Source of the DNA: Nanobdellota archaeon
Lineage (GTDB): Archaea; Nanobdellota; Nanobdellia; Woesearchaeales; WJKV01
NCBI GenBank assembly: GCA_023133595.1
Contig: JAGLWF010000005.1
Location: 29,640-93,639 of the forward strand
Length of the DNA: 64,000 nucleotides
Direction of reading: 5' to 3'
Shown one piece after another: positions 9,801 through 17,565 of this stretch. Numbering within the stretch: the stretch's first letter is position 1; every line of letters begins with the position of its first letter. Below the pieces are notes generated by a model. It was not told the origin of the DNA and ran no database searches. It worked only from the letters and a program-made list of their open reading frames with translations. A program made the translations under genes and the position numbers.

Positions 9801-10953
9801 ATGCTGCGAGATTTTTATCCTTTCCACTTTTTTTGAGTGCCTGCCATTTCTCATTCATCCGCGGGTCTTTAGTAGCTGCCAGGATTTTATCTCTGGCATC
9901 ATCTATCTGTTTTTGGTATGCTTTATCAGCTGCCAATGCATTCCGTTTTGCTTGGATTTGTCTATCCAGTGATTTTTTTCTATCCGGATCATCTTCAGCT
10001 TCAGCTTCAATTAAAAGCCGCACAATATCTGCTTCTTGCTTCAATATCTTTTCAAGCTCTTGCTTTTCTTTTGTCAACCTTCGAACTTCTGCGTTGTTCT
10101 TTGCAGCTCGCGCTTCTGCAATCTCTTGTTCCAGCCTTGCAACATCTTTTGCAAGAGCATCTCGCTCTGCAATTTCTTTCGGCGCTCCAAGAGCTGCTTC
10201 ATCAGTTTTGCGCTTATTGTATGTATCTTTTAGTGCTGCAAGCTTTTCTCTTTGCTTTTTCAATTTCGCAGCTTCACTTGTAAGACCTGCTTTTTTAGCC
10301 TGCTCTTCTGCTTTTTCTAGTTCTGTTATTGCAGTATTTAAACCACTGATCGCAGTATCATACTGATATAATTTTGCGTTATCTTTTGCACTTGCCGACG
10401 CTGTTGCAGCTCCAGTTGTTGCAGTTTTAGCTCTTGCTGTTGCTTCTGTTGTTTTCTTTAATTGTTCATCTCGCTTTTTCTTCTCAGGACCAAAATATTT
10501 TGCATTCCCATCAGATTTAATATTATCAGTTACTGTGACTGGTGTAGAATATCCTGGAACTGAATCCTTGAACATACTATCTGCATATTTATTCTTGTTT
10601 TGATTGACAACTCTCACAAATGAAGCATAATCCATATTATCGCCACTATCATCATATTCAAAATACTGCCATCCTCCCCATGATCCAACCCAGACCTGCA
10701 TATATTCAGTACCATCATCTTCCTCAACTCTCCATTGGCTGTATTTTTTCTGTATCTTGCCTTTTGTATAGACAAGATCTCCATCAGTATTGACATACAT
10801 GGTCTCAGCTTCAGCCTCTGTGATAGATTTCTCATTTCCTAGACCAACCCAGTGATACGGTCGTAGATCAACAGCAGAAACAAACACACTGCTAACTAGA
10901 ATAAACACTAGAAAAATCATGATCAATATTGATAACTTGTTCTTCATCTTCAT
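6865..10953 (-). CDS. Giant secreted protein (1362 aa): signal peptide, about 500 aa of Ala/Lys/Glu-rich coiled coil, and a globular C-terminal region ending ...SSATTVPTGAGTFGNQTG.
   Basis: ORF track. N-terminal signal MKMKNKLSILIMIFLVFILVSSVFVSA. Heptad-like AKE-rich region. Start overlaps the upstream gene stop (ATGA). Confidence 0.7.
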   Translation of the reverse strand: MKMKNKLSILIMIFLVFILVSSVFVSAVDLRPYHWVGLGNEKSITEAEAETMYVNTDGDLVYTKGKIQKKYSQWRVEEDDGTEYMQVWVGSWGGWQYFEYDDSGDNMDYASFVRVVNQNKNKYADSMFKDSVPGYSTPVTVTDNIKSDGNAKYFGPEKKKRDEQLKKTTEATARAKTATTGAATASASAKDNAKLYQYDTAISGLNTAITELEKAEEQAKKAGLTSEAAKLKKQREKLAALKDTYNKRKTDEAALGAPKEIAERDALAKDVARLEQEIAEARAAKNNAEVRRLTKEKQELEKILKQEADIVRLLIEAEAEDDPDRKKSLDRQIQAKRNALAADKAYQKQIDDARDKILAATKDPRMNEKWQALKKSGKDKNLAALKKVLAEHELEQKASMGYGISLEGKTHSQIKSELAKREKIKKDALEAGLTDTEYGDVVRAARGSATPWDAKIFEAEIYKKLANRYGVDRVGKTPLQIKNEVNKRRKTIDKSVKAMVKNGANEAEARAALMEKAKETKDPKKFEAAAKDLEEREKVRQEIKKFQDAIDAAELPEAQKLDLKEKFDAALEKKTGAEARAEFDRQRVAMLKNLKTSDAEAISKAYAGVAPPPAARLRPADLGYYDGLDAKIDEELKKPLPDYAKINAWKKEKEEFEAKYKKYRENYIKLTGSDAGVKGFSVFQSIGEFDQEAKVISVRSTAKTMGLAPDQTKGKTLAEVTQMMDTRSKSVLQAKINSIDPNTKQATLALTDSEVAALGYQAATGGDQAASQALALLIAGGKKDEAKKLLSDNPDLAQKNPELVEYLANLDKAGAQGVYDDEKINFIKAIRTGKYKQVAGQINTLVKEGATNIFNNVGKKGTRYEGWTKVDSWVNPETGKTTALVKDPKTGNYYVITEGSTQRNEDMYRVPKGKFKDEEGKQREYASPYVYYNALREGTALTPTPDEISRQNQVSDLKLIHDGNMIYNGKIEDDKEIGYVAEIGKEDSDIAVFMRPNKHDGDELKAKLKPFGAGLGFGKFSIGDEMYVNKDGAVYNKEEEAIESSLLYTRTKQPDGTYTGDIALANYNIDLGSNVRVYTTASIDAEGEVQYNYWACYEVRGQQRCEETDLTTFVAPEFAEDKKGRDLEKKIQTRQRFQRFLGTLIRGPTGVGKYYSDKINKEWEAACPKWKAEVDRWMENEWFHPEEWERLICRATLDEDFPDDVQIGFDIAGNVDVSKRLQVERETMPDGSTLYQFNWMLRASNTNIMYTVCANTIYCDSSCLVIEGTTDVAVQKGSTSSDYVPVYGPPDVEWAALCYKEEILDDDGEPSGEFGSLIAFAQPIVEENYVPGDAAEHSGYHAGGSSATTVPTGAGTFGNQTG

Positions 10954-11702
10954 TCTATCTCAAACTCGAATGTTTTTTCATCTTTGACAAATGGAGTGAT
11001 ATCCGTCGCTCGGATCTTCAGGCAGTATGTTCCTCGCAAGTCAAACATTGACACTGGTTCTCTGAAGGTACGGGTGATTGTTTGATACTCACTGTCTTCG
11101 ACCTCGATGGTTGCAGCAGTGCTGTATTTGTTGTTAAACCAAGTAATCTTCTTCCCTAACGGATCTCGCAGGTCAATATTCTCTAAAAACCCGATAAAAT
11201 GCCGTCCATCTTCAAAATCAACAGTCATTGTATCCAACTCGTGGACTATCTCAATGTGATCTCCTACTTTTGTGAACTTGAAATTTCTGATATTGAATGC
11301 AGCACCCATATCCTTGAATCCTTGCTCAATCTCGTCTTCAAGCGCTCGCATTTCTTTTTCATCCTCTGGAATGATTTCCATTAGTTCAGGTTCTTCTCCT
11401 ATGATTGTCTCTAAAAATTTTGCTTCTCTTATCTTTGCCAATTCTTCCTCGGTAATATCCTTCTGTGTGAAGTTTAATGCTAATGCCAAGACAATAATAA
11501 GTATGACAATGACAATCACACATAACCAAAACCGTTTATGTGCAAACGTGCGGGTATGTGCTTCGTGCACAGGCGGCAGCCGTTTATACCGCGGTGGTTG
11601 CGGAGCTTTTCTCGACGGCATTCTTGGACCTGGAGTTAGCTTTAACAATTCTTTTCTTCTCCTTTCCAGTTCTCTTTTGTATCTATCAAACTCGTCTGCC
11701 AT
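10950..11702 (-). CDS. Single-pass type II membrane protein (250 aa): basic, Pro-rich cytoplasmic N-terminus, one TM helix, acidic extracellular domain.
   Basis: ORF track. TM segment FWLCVIVIVILIIVLALALNF. Translationally coupled on both sides. Confidence 0.55.
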   Translation of the reverse strand: MADEFDRYKRELERRRKELLKLTPGPRMPSRKAPQPPRYKRLPPVHEAHTRTFAHKRFWLCVIVIVILIIVLALALNFTQKDITEEELAKIREAKFLETIIGEEPELMEIIPEDEKEMRALEDEIEQGFKDMGAAFNIRNFKFTKVGDHIEIVHELDTMTVDFEDGRHFIGFLENIDLRDPLGKKITWFNNKYSTAATIEVEDSEYQTITRTFREPVSMFDLRGTYCLKIRATDITPFVKDEKTFEFEIE

Positions 11703-11703
11703 T

Positions 11704-14700
11704 TTAACTTGTTAAATTTCCAGCACCTGCAGGCACTGTTGTTGAAGTGTCCTCTGCAAGAGGAGCAGCTTCACCCGCTTCTCTTTCCCACTTCTCTAAT
11801 TCATCAAATGCGTCTTTGCATTGATCACTATCTTTATCTGTGAAACTTTTGAAATCAACATCAAACTTGATCGCATTCTCGACAAATTCGTCCCACGACC
11901 ATGCAAGCATTGCAGCATCAAACACACCGCACGCAAGTACCCATGCATTCTTCTCAACATTCAATAGTTTAGCATCAACCTGGTTGCTCTCTGTACATTG
12001 TTCAATGCTCTCAGCAGTATTGAACTGCGTTATCTTTTTTCCGCCAGCATAAGCTTCCTGCTGCATCTTGACCTGGTTATCAAAATTAGTGCACAACGCA
12101 TCTCGCGAAGCAGCAACTATTCTTCCTGGCAATTCTTTAATTATATCACGCGACATGCCTGCGATCTGTTTTGCCAGCATAAAGCCAGGGAATAACTGCA
12201 TCACAGGACCCCAGAAGAACAGACATTCATTCTCTGCATGCGCAATGTCACAAGCAGCAGTGCTGAAGCCTGCTTTTGCATTGTCAGTGATACATCGTGC
12301 ATGGATACACTGCAATTGCCTGTACTTGTTCAGGTTATAGACAACACCCGGAAGGCATAAGCAATCAACAGCAACAATATAATTATCCATTGGATTCAAC
12401 CTTGTCTCGAAATTAATCTCTTTCAGATAAGAAGTGTCGATCTGTCCTACATCTGCCATTGACACATCAGCAGCACCAGTAACATCAGTGACAGCAAGAC
12501 CAAACAGACTTCCAAGGCTGCCCAGGATACCTCCATCATCTTTCTTTCCAGTGCTAGGTTTCTTCTCTGGAGGCGGTTCTGCAACAGCTTCTGTCGGCTG
12601 TGTTGTTCTTGCTTCCATCCGGGTTTCATCCTCTGATTTCATCTGCGATGGAACTGGGGCTCCAGGTTCTCCGACTCCAACTTTTCCAAGGAAGCTTGCG
12701 ACAGGCTTATCAAAAGCTTTTGGTATGCTCTGTATCCCAGTGATCCCAAATCCTTGGCTGCACTGGTTGCATAATATGAATGCACAGACTCTTCTTACAA
12801 ATCCGCCAATATCATCTTCTTCTTTGCCCAAAGATTTGCCGCCGAATAACGCGTCTGTGAATTCAAACTTATCCGGTTTGATACCGCGCGCTTTTGCAGC
12901 TTTTTCATATGCTTCTTTTGTGTAGAAATAATCTTTATCATTCGGCCAGATTGTTTCTTTCAGGACACGCAGATAACAATCAAGTGTCAGGAAACCCTGC
13001 CATAATTCTTCACCAGCACCAGTAGAAGTCCATTCAACAATCATTGAAGCTGTATAGACAATAGGTTTCATATCCTGTACAACAGTATATATCCTCGAGA
13101 TCTCTTCTCCTATCTTACATATCTTTCTTAGTGTGTCTAGCCAACCTTCGATCTTTGTGACATACTCAAAGAAGTTTGTATTCACGCGCTTCTCAATATC
13201 GTGGAGTTTCCTGATTACATTGTCTCCTGGATCTCCGATTGGAAGATTGTACAATTCAATTGATGCTGTCACATTATCCATCTCAGGGTTAAGGAATACT
13301 GTGTTTCCTCTTGCAATAAGAGAATATATTGTGCAGTTGAATTCTATATTCTCAAGCTTTGACGTAGCTTCATCCAATAATATTTCGAACACGAGAAGGG
13401 AATCATCCATTTCTTTTCCAATGATGTAAGGATTTTGAGTATCCGTGCCTGCATACAATACAGTATCAAGACCAGTGCACTGAGGAGACTTATCAATAAC
13501 CTCAACCATATCAGAATAATCAAAGTGCAGTGGAACAAAGACTTTTGTTGGAATCTTTGTCGAGATCCTTCGATCCAATTTCTGCGGGATCACACTTCCA
13601 ACTGTTATTGCAACTTCATTCGGCACTGTTGTGATATCAGAACTGTAGACAACAACAGGATAAGAAAACACACCGTCATTTCCAGCAAGATCAAAGACAG
13701 TGAAGTCAACATTGCCCTGGGTATAACTTGTGACCAGGCCAGAGACTTCAAACTCGCAGATAAAATCATCACCAGACATTGCACATGTCCCATTGATAGG
13801 ATCTATTTGAGTTGATATCGCGCTCACATCTGCAATCGCATTCCTCACTCCATTTATTTCTGTTCCAGTAACATAAAATCTTAATGGCTCTCCAACGCCT
13901 GCGTTTGGTGCAAGTGCTGATTGTGTTACATTCGCAATCACAGGGTCGGTAAGGTCAACTTCGAACGACTGGCTTTTTGTTGCCAGCTGTCCGAACCTGT
14001 CGCGCACATTGACCACAACTGTCTTGCTTCCTTCTGGTCCAGCAGCATCAAGATTGTACCAGTAACATTTGCTCTCATTCATATCGCACAGGTCTGCGAC
14101 TTGTCCAGAACTATAGACTGGATTTATTGCCCGCAGGTCAGCAAGAGTCTGCGAAGTCTCAAATCCAACACCAGCATCTGCAATCTTAGCAATTAAAGTA
14201 TTATCAGTGCTTCCAAAGTAATTTCCATTCTCGGTCTCAATAGCACTGATAACAGGTTCTTCTGAATCAACACTGACAGATATTGTGAATGGACTATTCA
14301 ATACATTTCCAGCAGTATCAGTTGCAGTCACTGTTCCGCTAAAACCAGTTGTCTGCGCAGTCACAGTCGGCACTACACTCCATCTGCATCGATGCACACC
14401 GCCAGTTTCTGTGCAAGTGCCAGGTGCATTTGCTCCTCCACCAAATGCAGTGATATCTGCCCGTACATCATCAAGCGCAACATTCTCAGATATGTCAATC
14501 TCAAGCATGAATGACATTGAACCAACAGTGACACTTGCCACAGGAACATTGTTCAATGTCAGTCTGGCATCCACTAACTGCGGCTCATCCACATCAATTG
14601 TGAGTGCCGAGGATGTCTGTGCCAATTGCAGATGACCCAAACGATCGAATACCCGCGCATAGTATACATAGTCACCTGACGAAGTGGGTGCTTCGAGAAC

Positions 14701-15297
14701 AATTGTATCGTCCAATTCGCATTGGTCAATACCTTGTATTGTATAGGTTTCTGATGCAACTATGTTTAGGAAATTCGCATCGTCTGAGATTTCAACACCT
14801 GCAATTCCTGCACAATGACCAGAATCTCCGATTTCATCATCTGCAACAATATGTGCAACAAGATCACTGCCAGATGTTCTGTTTACTGCAAATGAAGTTA
14901 CTGTCGGTGCACTGCCATCAACAACATAAGCTTCTGATTGAGTGACACCACTGTAGGAAATGTGATAATATTCTGTTCCTTCCTCTAACGGAAGGACAAG
15001 AGATAAAGTACATAAACTGTTGCTTCCCTCTGGGACACATGATTCAAAAGAGATATTATGGAACTTGACAGCAGTAGGATCTACTCCTGCCTGCGCGATC
15101 TTGATATCAATATAGACATTTGTGTCTCTTGCATCAATCACTCTATGGATGTCATCGCTTCCATAGATGCTGACTTCTGTTATCAGGCCTGCAAAAGTAG
15201 AACTTCCCTGTGCAAATGCAAAGCTTGCATAGAACGGCAAAGTTATGATTAAGAAAATCATCAACATGCATCTACCATATCCTTTTTTCATTTCCAT
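11704..15297 (-). CDS. Giant secreted protein (1197 aa) with repeated Ig-like beta domains, a Cys-rich module and the C-terminal tail ...STTVPAGAGNLTS.
   Basis: ORF track. Signal peptide MEMKKGYGRCMLMIFLIITLPFYASFAFA. The Cys-rich CLCLPGVVYNL...C module aligns with CGCVSGVRGHL...C in the 1..4200 protein. Overlaps the 15288 gene by 10 nt. Confidence 0.7.
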   Translation of the reverse strand: MEMKKGYGRCMLMIFLIITLPFYASFAFAQGSSTFAGLITEVSIYGSDDIHRVIDARDTNVYIDIKIAQAGVDPTAVKFHNISFESCVPEGSNSLCTLSLVLPLEEGTEYYHISYSGVTQSEAYVVDGSAPTVTSFAVNRTSGSDLVAHIVADDEIGDSGHCAGIAGVEISDDANFLNIVASETYTIQGIDQCELDDTIVLEAPTSSGDYVYYARVFDRLGHLQLAQTSSALTIDVDEPQLVDARLTLNNVPVASVTVGSMSFMLEIDISENVALDDVRADITAFGGGANAPGTCTETGGVHRCRWSVVPTVTAQTTGFSGTVTATDTAGNVLNSPFTISVSVDSEEPVISAIETENGNYFGSTDNTLIAKIADAGVGFETSQTLADLRAINPVYSSGQVADLCDMNESKCYWYNLDAAGPEGSKTVVVNVRDRFGQLATKSQSFEVDLTDPVIANVTQSALAPNAGVGEPLRFYVTGTEINGVRNAIADVSAISTQIDPINGTCAMSGDDFICEFEVSGLVTSYTQGNVDFTVFDLAGNDGVFSYPVVVYSSDITTVPNEVAITVGSVIPQKLDRRISTKIPTKVFVPLHFDYSDMVEVIDKSPQCTGLDTVLYAGTDTQNPYIIGKEMDDSLLVFEILLDEATSKLENIEFNCTIYSLIARGNTVFLNPEMDNVTASIELYNLPIGDPGDNVIRKLHDIEKRVNTNFFEYVTKIEGWLDTLRKICKIGEEISRIYTVVQDMKPIVYTASMIVEWTSTGAGEELWQGFLTLDCYLRVLKETIWPNDKDYFYTKEAYEKAAKARGIKPDKFEFTDALFGGKSLGKEEDDIGGFVRRVCAFILCNQCSQGFGITGIQSIPKAFDKPVASFLGKVGVGEPGAPVPSQMKSEDETRMEARTTQPTEAVAEPPPEKKPSTGKKDDGGILGSLGSLFGLAVTDVTGAADVSMADVGQIDTSYLKEINFETRLNPMDNYIVAVDCLCLPGVVYNLNKYRQLQCIHARCITDNAKAGFSTAACDIAHAENECLFFWGPVMQLFPGFMLAKQIAGMSRDIIKELPGRIVAASRDALCTNFDNQVKMQQEAYAGGKKITQFNTAESIEQCTESNQVDAKLLNVEKNAWVLACGVFDAAMLAWSWDEFVENAIKFDVDFKSFTDKDSDQCKDAFDELEKWEREAGEAAPLAEDTSTTVPAGAGNLTS

Positions 15298-17447
15298 TGT
15301 GGCTGTATCAGGCTGCCTTTCTTCTTCGACATCTCGTCAATATTTCCAAGACGCGCAAGCTCTTCGTGATTTGTCGGTTTCTTTGATTTTAGCACAAAGA
15401 ACAATAATTCATTTTTCTGGTCAAGCTCTGCTTTCTCAACATGCCAGTTATTGTTCAGCCCAGCATTAAGCGCAGCTCCTCCCAACGGCGCGGGTTTTAC
15501 TTCAACTTCTTCTAGTGTTACATATTCGTCTCCAAACTTCTTTGTTGCTTCTGGAATAACAACTCCAGTATTATCAAAATATCGCGCGTCAATAGTATAA
15601 TCTCCAGGCACAAGTTCCAGATCATTCACTTTAGTGTCTTCATCAAAGATCATGGTTGTGCTGAATGGTTCCTCCCACGGATCTTCTGAAACTTTTGCAA
15701 CAGTGACATAGACAAATGCATCTTCTAAATCATCATGCTGCTGCAATAACTGAAGATATTGCTGATAGTTCACACTTCCATAATCAAACCTGTCAAATTG
15801 CTCGACCATTTCTGGGGATCTGACCTGGATGTTTGTTTTCTTTGTCACAATCTTTGGAAGTTCAGCATTAAAGGTATAGACTTGTCCGTATTTTGTATTC
15901 AATGGGAAATTATGATTAAAGTATCCTTCTTTTGACAGTTTCAACACACCACCATCGCAGATAGGGAATTTGCCGACATATTCTCCACCAGCATCAGTGC
16001 TTCCAATGTAGACACTATCCTCTCCACAGTAGAATCTTACCTGCACATCGCTCACTATCTTGTTGCTGTCATCTTTTGTATTGATCGTGATATCACCAGA
16101 CAATCTTTGGTTTGGATGACCAAATAAATTTGCTCCACCAACACCAAGCTCGACAACATAAGGAACACGCAGTTCTCCTGCAAGGAGTGGTTCATTGTTT
16201 CTCACATTAGCCTCCATCGCAAACATCAATGAGTAACCATCTCCATTGAATGCATACGGGTCCCGCACTTCAACAACAACAGGATACGATAAGTCGTAAT
16301 AGAAACGGTACGACTGCGTGAAAATATCAATTATCTCCTGGAATGATCCACTGTGCTCCTCTGGCCTGATCAATTCTCCTGAACTAGGAGTGATGTCAAA
16401 ATGCATTGGCCAGTTCAGGTAGAACATGTTCACATCTAGTTCTTCATAATCCTTTTCAGGCGGAAGAACATTGAAAACAAAACCATAATGCACTCCTTGC
16501 CTGATATCAAAACCAGGCCTGTCATCTTCTGGATACGGATAGAAATTATGAGTTCTCGGAACAGTTATCATGTTGACATACGTTGTCAGTATCTGTTTTA
16601 TCAATTGTTCAACATTAAACTTGACCCACATGACTTTCTGCATTCCCATGTCAGCCTCTGCTATCGGAGGAAGCCCTTCCTTCTCAACACGACCGTACAA
16701 TGAGATCAGGTTCATTGTGTTATATTCTAGGAAACCACCTTCTGCCTGTGCATTGACAATCTCAACACCCATGTTAAACATCTGTCGCAGATTTACTTGA
16801 TGGTTTATGTAGAAATCTTTGAAATCATAGGATAATTCTCCTCGTGTTACTCGCAGTGGATAAGAAAGCGTGACCCGGACGTCGTTTGCAGTTATTGCTG
16901 TCTTTGAACCGATTGATCCCAACTCTTCAATCTCATAACCTTCCTCTCTGAATGCTGTCATTGCCAGTAAACATTCCCTTACATTGGTCTCGACATAACG
17001 ATCAATCATATCCTGCATCTGGACAATTGTCGGTGCTTTGCCAGAGAATAAACAATCTGTGCATCTATTGCTGCTTTTCAGGTAATGCCAGTACGGAACT
17101 TTCAATCCTCCTGGCGTGAACTCAACACCATCAGACTCAGTCGGATCATACTGGAAATCAAAAACAGTTCCTCCAGTGAGCTCTGGATCATCTAATGAAA
17201 TCCATCCGCCCTGCCGGCCCATAAGTTCCAGTGCTTCTTTGCTGACACGCCTTCCGCACTCTTCAACAAACAAAGAAATTGGCTGCAGTCGGACAGGACC
17301 AACAATCACTCTTTCTTTAGCTTCTTCTGTTATCTTTGAAGGTGCAGTTGCAATGAAATATATGACAATAGCTGCGACAATTAAGAGAATTAAACCTATA
17401 ATTATGTAAATAGTCACTTGTCCCTTCTTGTCATTGCTGTTAAGCAT
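15288..17447 (-). CDS. Large protein (about 719 aa) with a class III prepilin-like signal: MLNSNDKKGQVTIYIIIGLILLIVAAIV. Paralog 2.
   Basis: ORF track gives 15288..17492. The internal Met at 17447 is preferred because TATA boxes at 17512-17554 would place the transcription start inside the longer extension. Shares FVEEC...QGGWISLDD...LKVPYWHY with paralog 1. Confidence 0.65.
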   Translation of the reverse strand: MLNSNDKKGQVTIYIIIGLILLIVAAIVIYFIATAPSKITEEAKERVIVGPVRLQPISLFVEECGRRVSKEALELMGRQGGWISLDDPELTGGTVFDFQYDPTESDGVEFTPGGLKVPYWHYLKSSNRCTDCLFSGKAPTIVQMQDMIDRYVETNVRECLLAMTAFREEGYEIEELGSIGSKTAITANDVRVTLSYPLRVTRGELSYDFKDFYINHQVNLRQMFNMGVEIVNAQAEGGFLEYNTMNLISLYGRVEKEGLPPIAEADMGMQKVMWVKFNVEQLIKQILTTYVNMITVPRTHNFYPYPEDDRPGFDIRQGVHYGFVFNVLPPEKDYEELDVNMFYLNWPMHFDITPSSGELIRPEEHSGSFQEIIDIFTQSYRFYYDLSYPVVVEVRDPYAFNGDGYSLMFAMEANVRNNEPLLAGELRVPYVVELGVGGANLFGHPNQRLSGDITINTKDDSNKIVSDVQVRFYCGEDSVYIGSTDAGGEYVGKFPICDGGVLKLSKEGYFNHNFPLNTKYGQVYTFNAELPKIVTKKTNIQVRSPEMVEQFDRFDYGSVNYQQYLQLLQQHDDLEDAFVYVTVAKVSEDPWEEPFSTTMIFDEDTKVNDLELVPGDYTIDARYFDNTGVVIPEATKKFGDEYVTLEEVEVKPAPLGGAALNAGLNNNWHVEKAELDQKNELLFFVLKSKKPTNHEELARLGNIDEMSKKKGSLIQPQWK

Positions 17448-17511
17448 AGTAGAAGGACTAAAGTGTTCTCTAGCACCCCTTCTCATGTTCACCTTTTTGG
17501 AGGATTCAGCC

Positions 17512-17554
17512 CTTTATAAATATATCTATTATTTTATATATGAGATTTATAAAT
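17512..17554 (-). promoter_or_regulatory. Cluster of archaeal TATA-box-like elements (TTTATAAATATAT, TTTTATATAT, TTTATAAAT), likely promoter of the 7-gene surface-protein operon.
   Basis: Seen in sequence immediately upstream (minus strand) of the first operon gene. It sits in the only sizable intergenic gap of the cluster. Confidence 0.45.
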
Positions 17555-17565
17555 GGAAGTTAGGA

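Noticed and set aside
9143-10366. Several plus-strand ORFs of 93-212 aa within 6865..10953.
   Set aside because: Antisense artefacts of the A/K/E-rich coiled-coil coding region (GCN/AAR-rich).
17448-17492. 15-aa N-terminal extension (MNMRRGAREHFSPST) of the 15288 gene.
   Set aside because: TATA boxes at 17512-17554 would place the transcription start within or after it. The Met at 17447 yields the conserved KKGQVT class III signal start.
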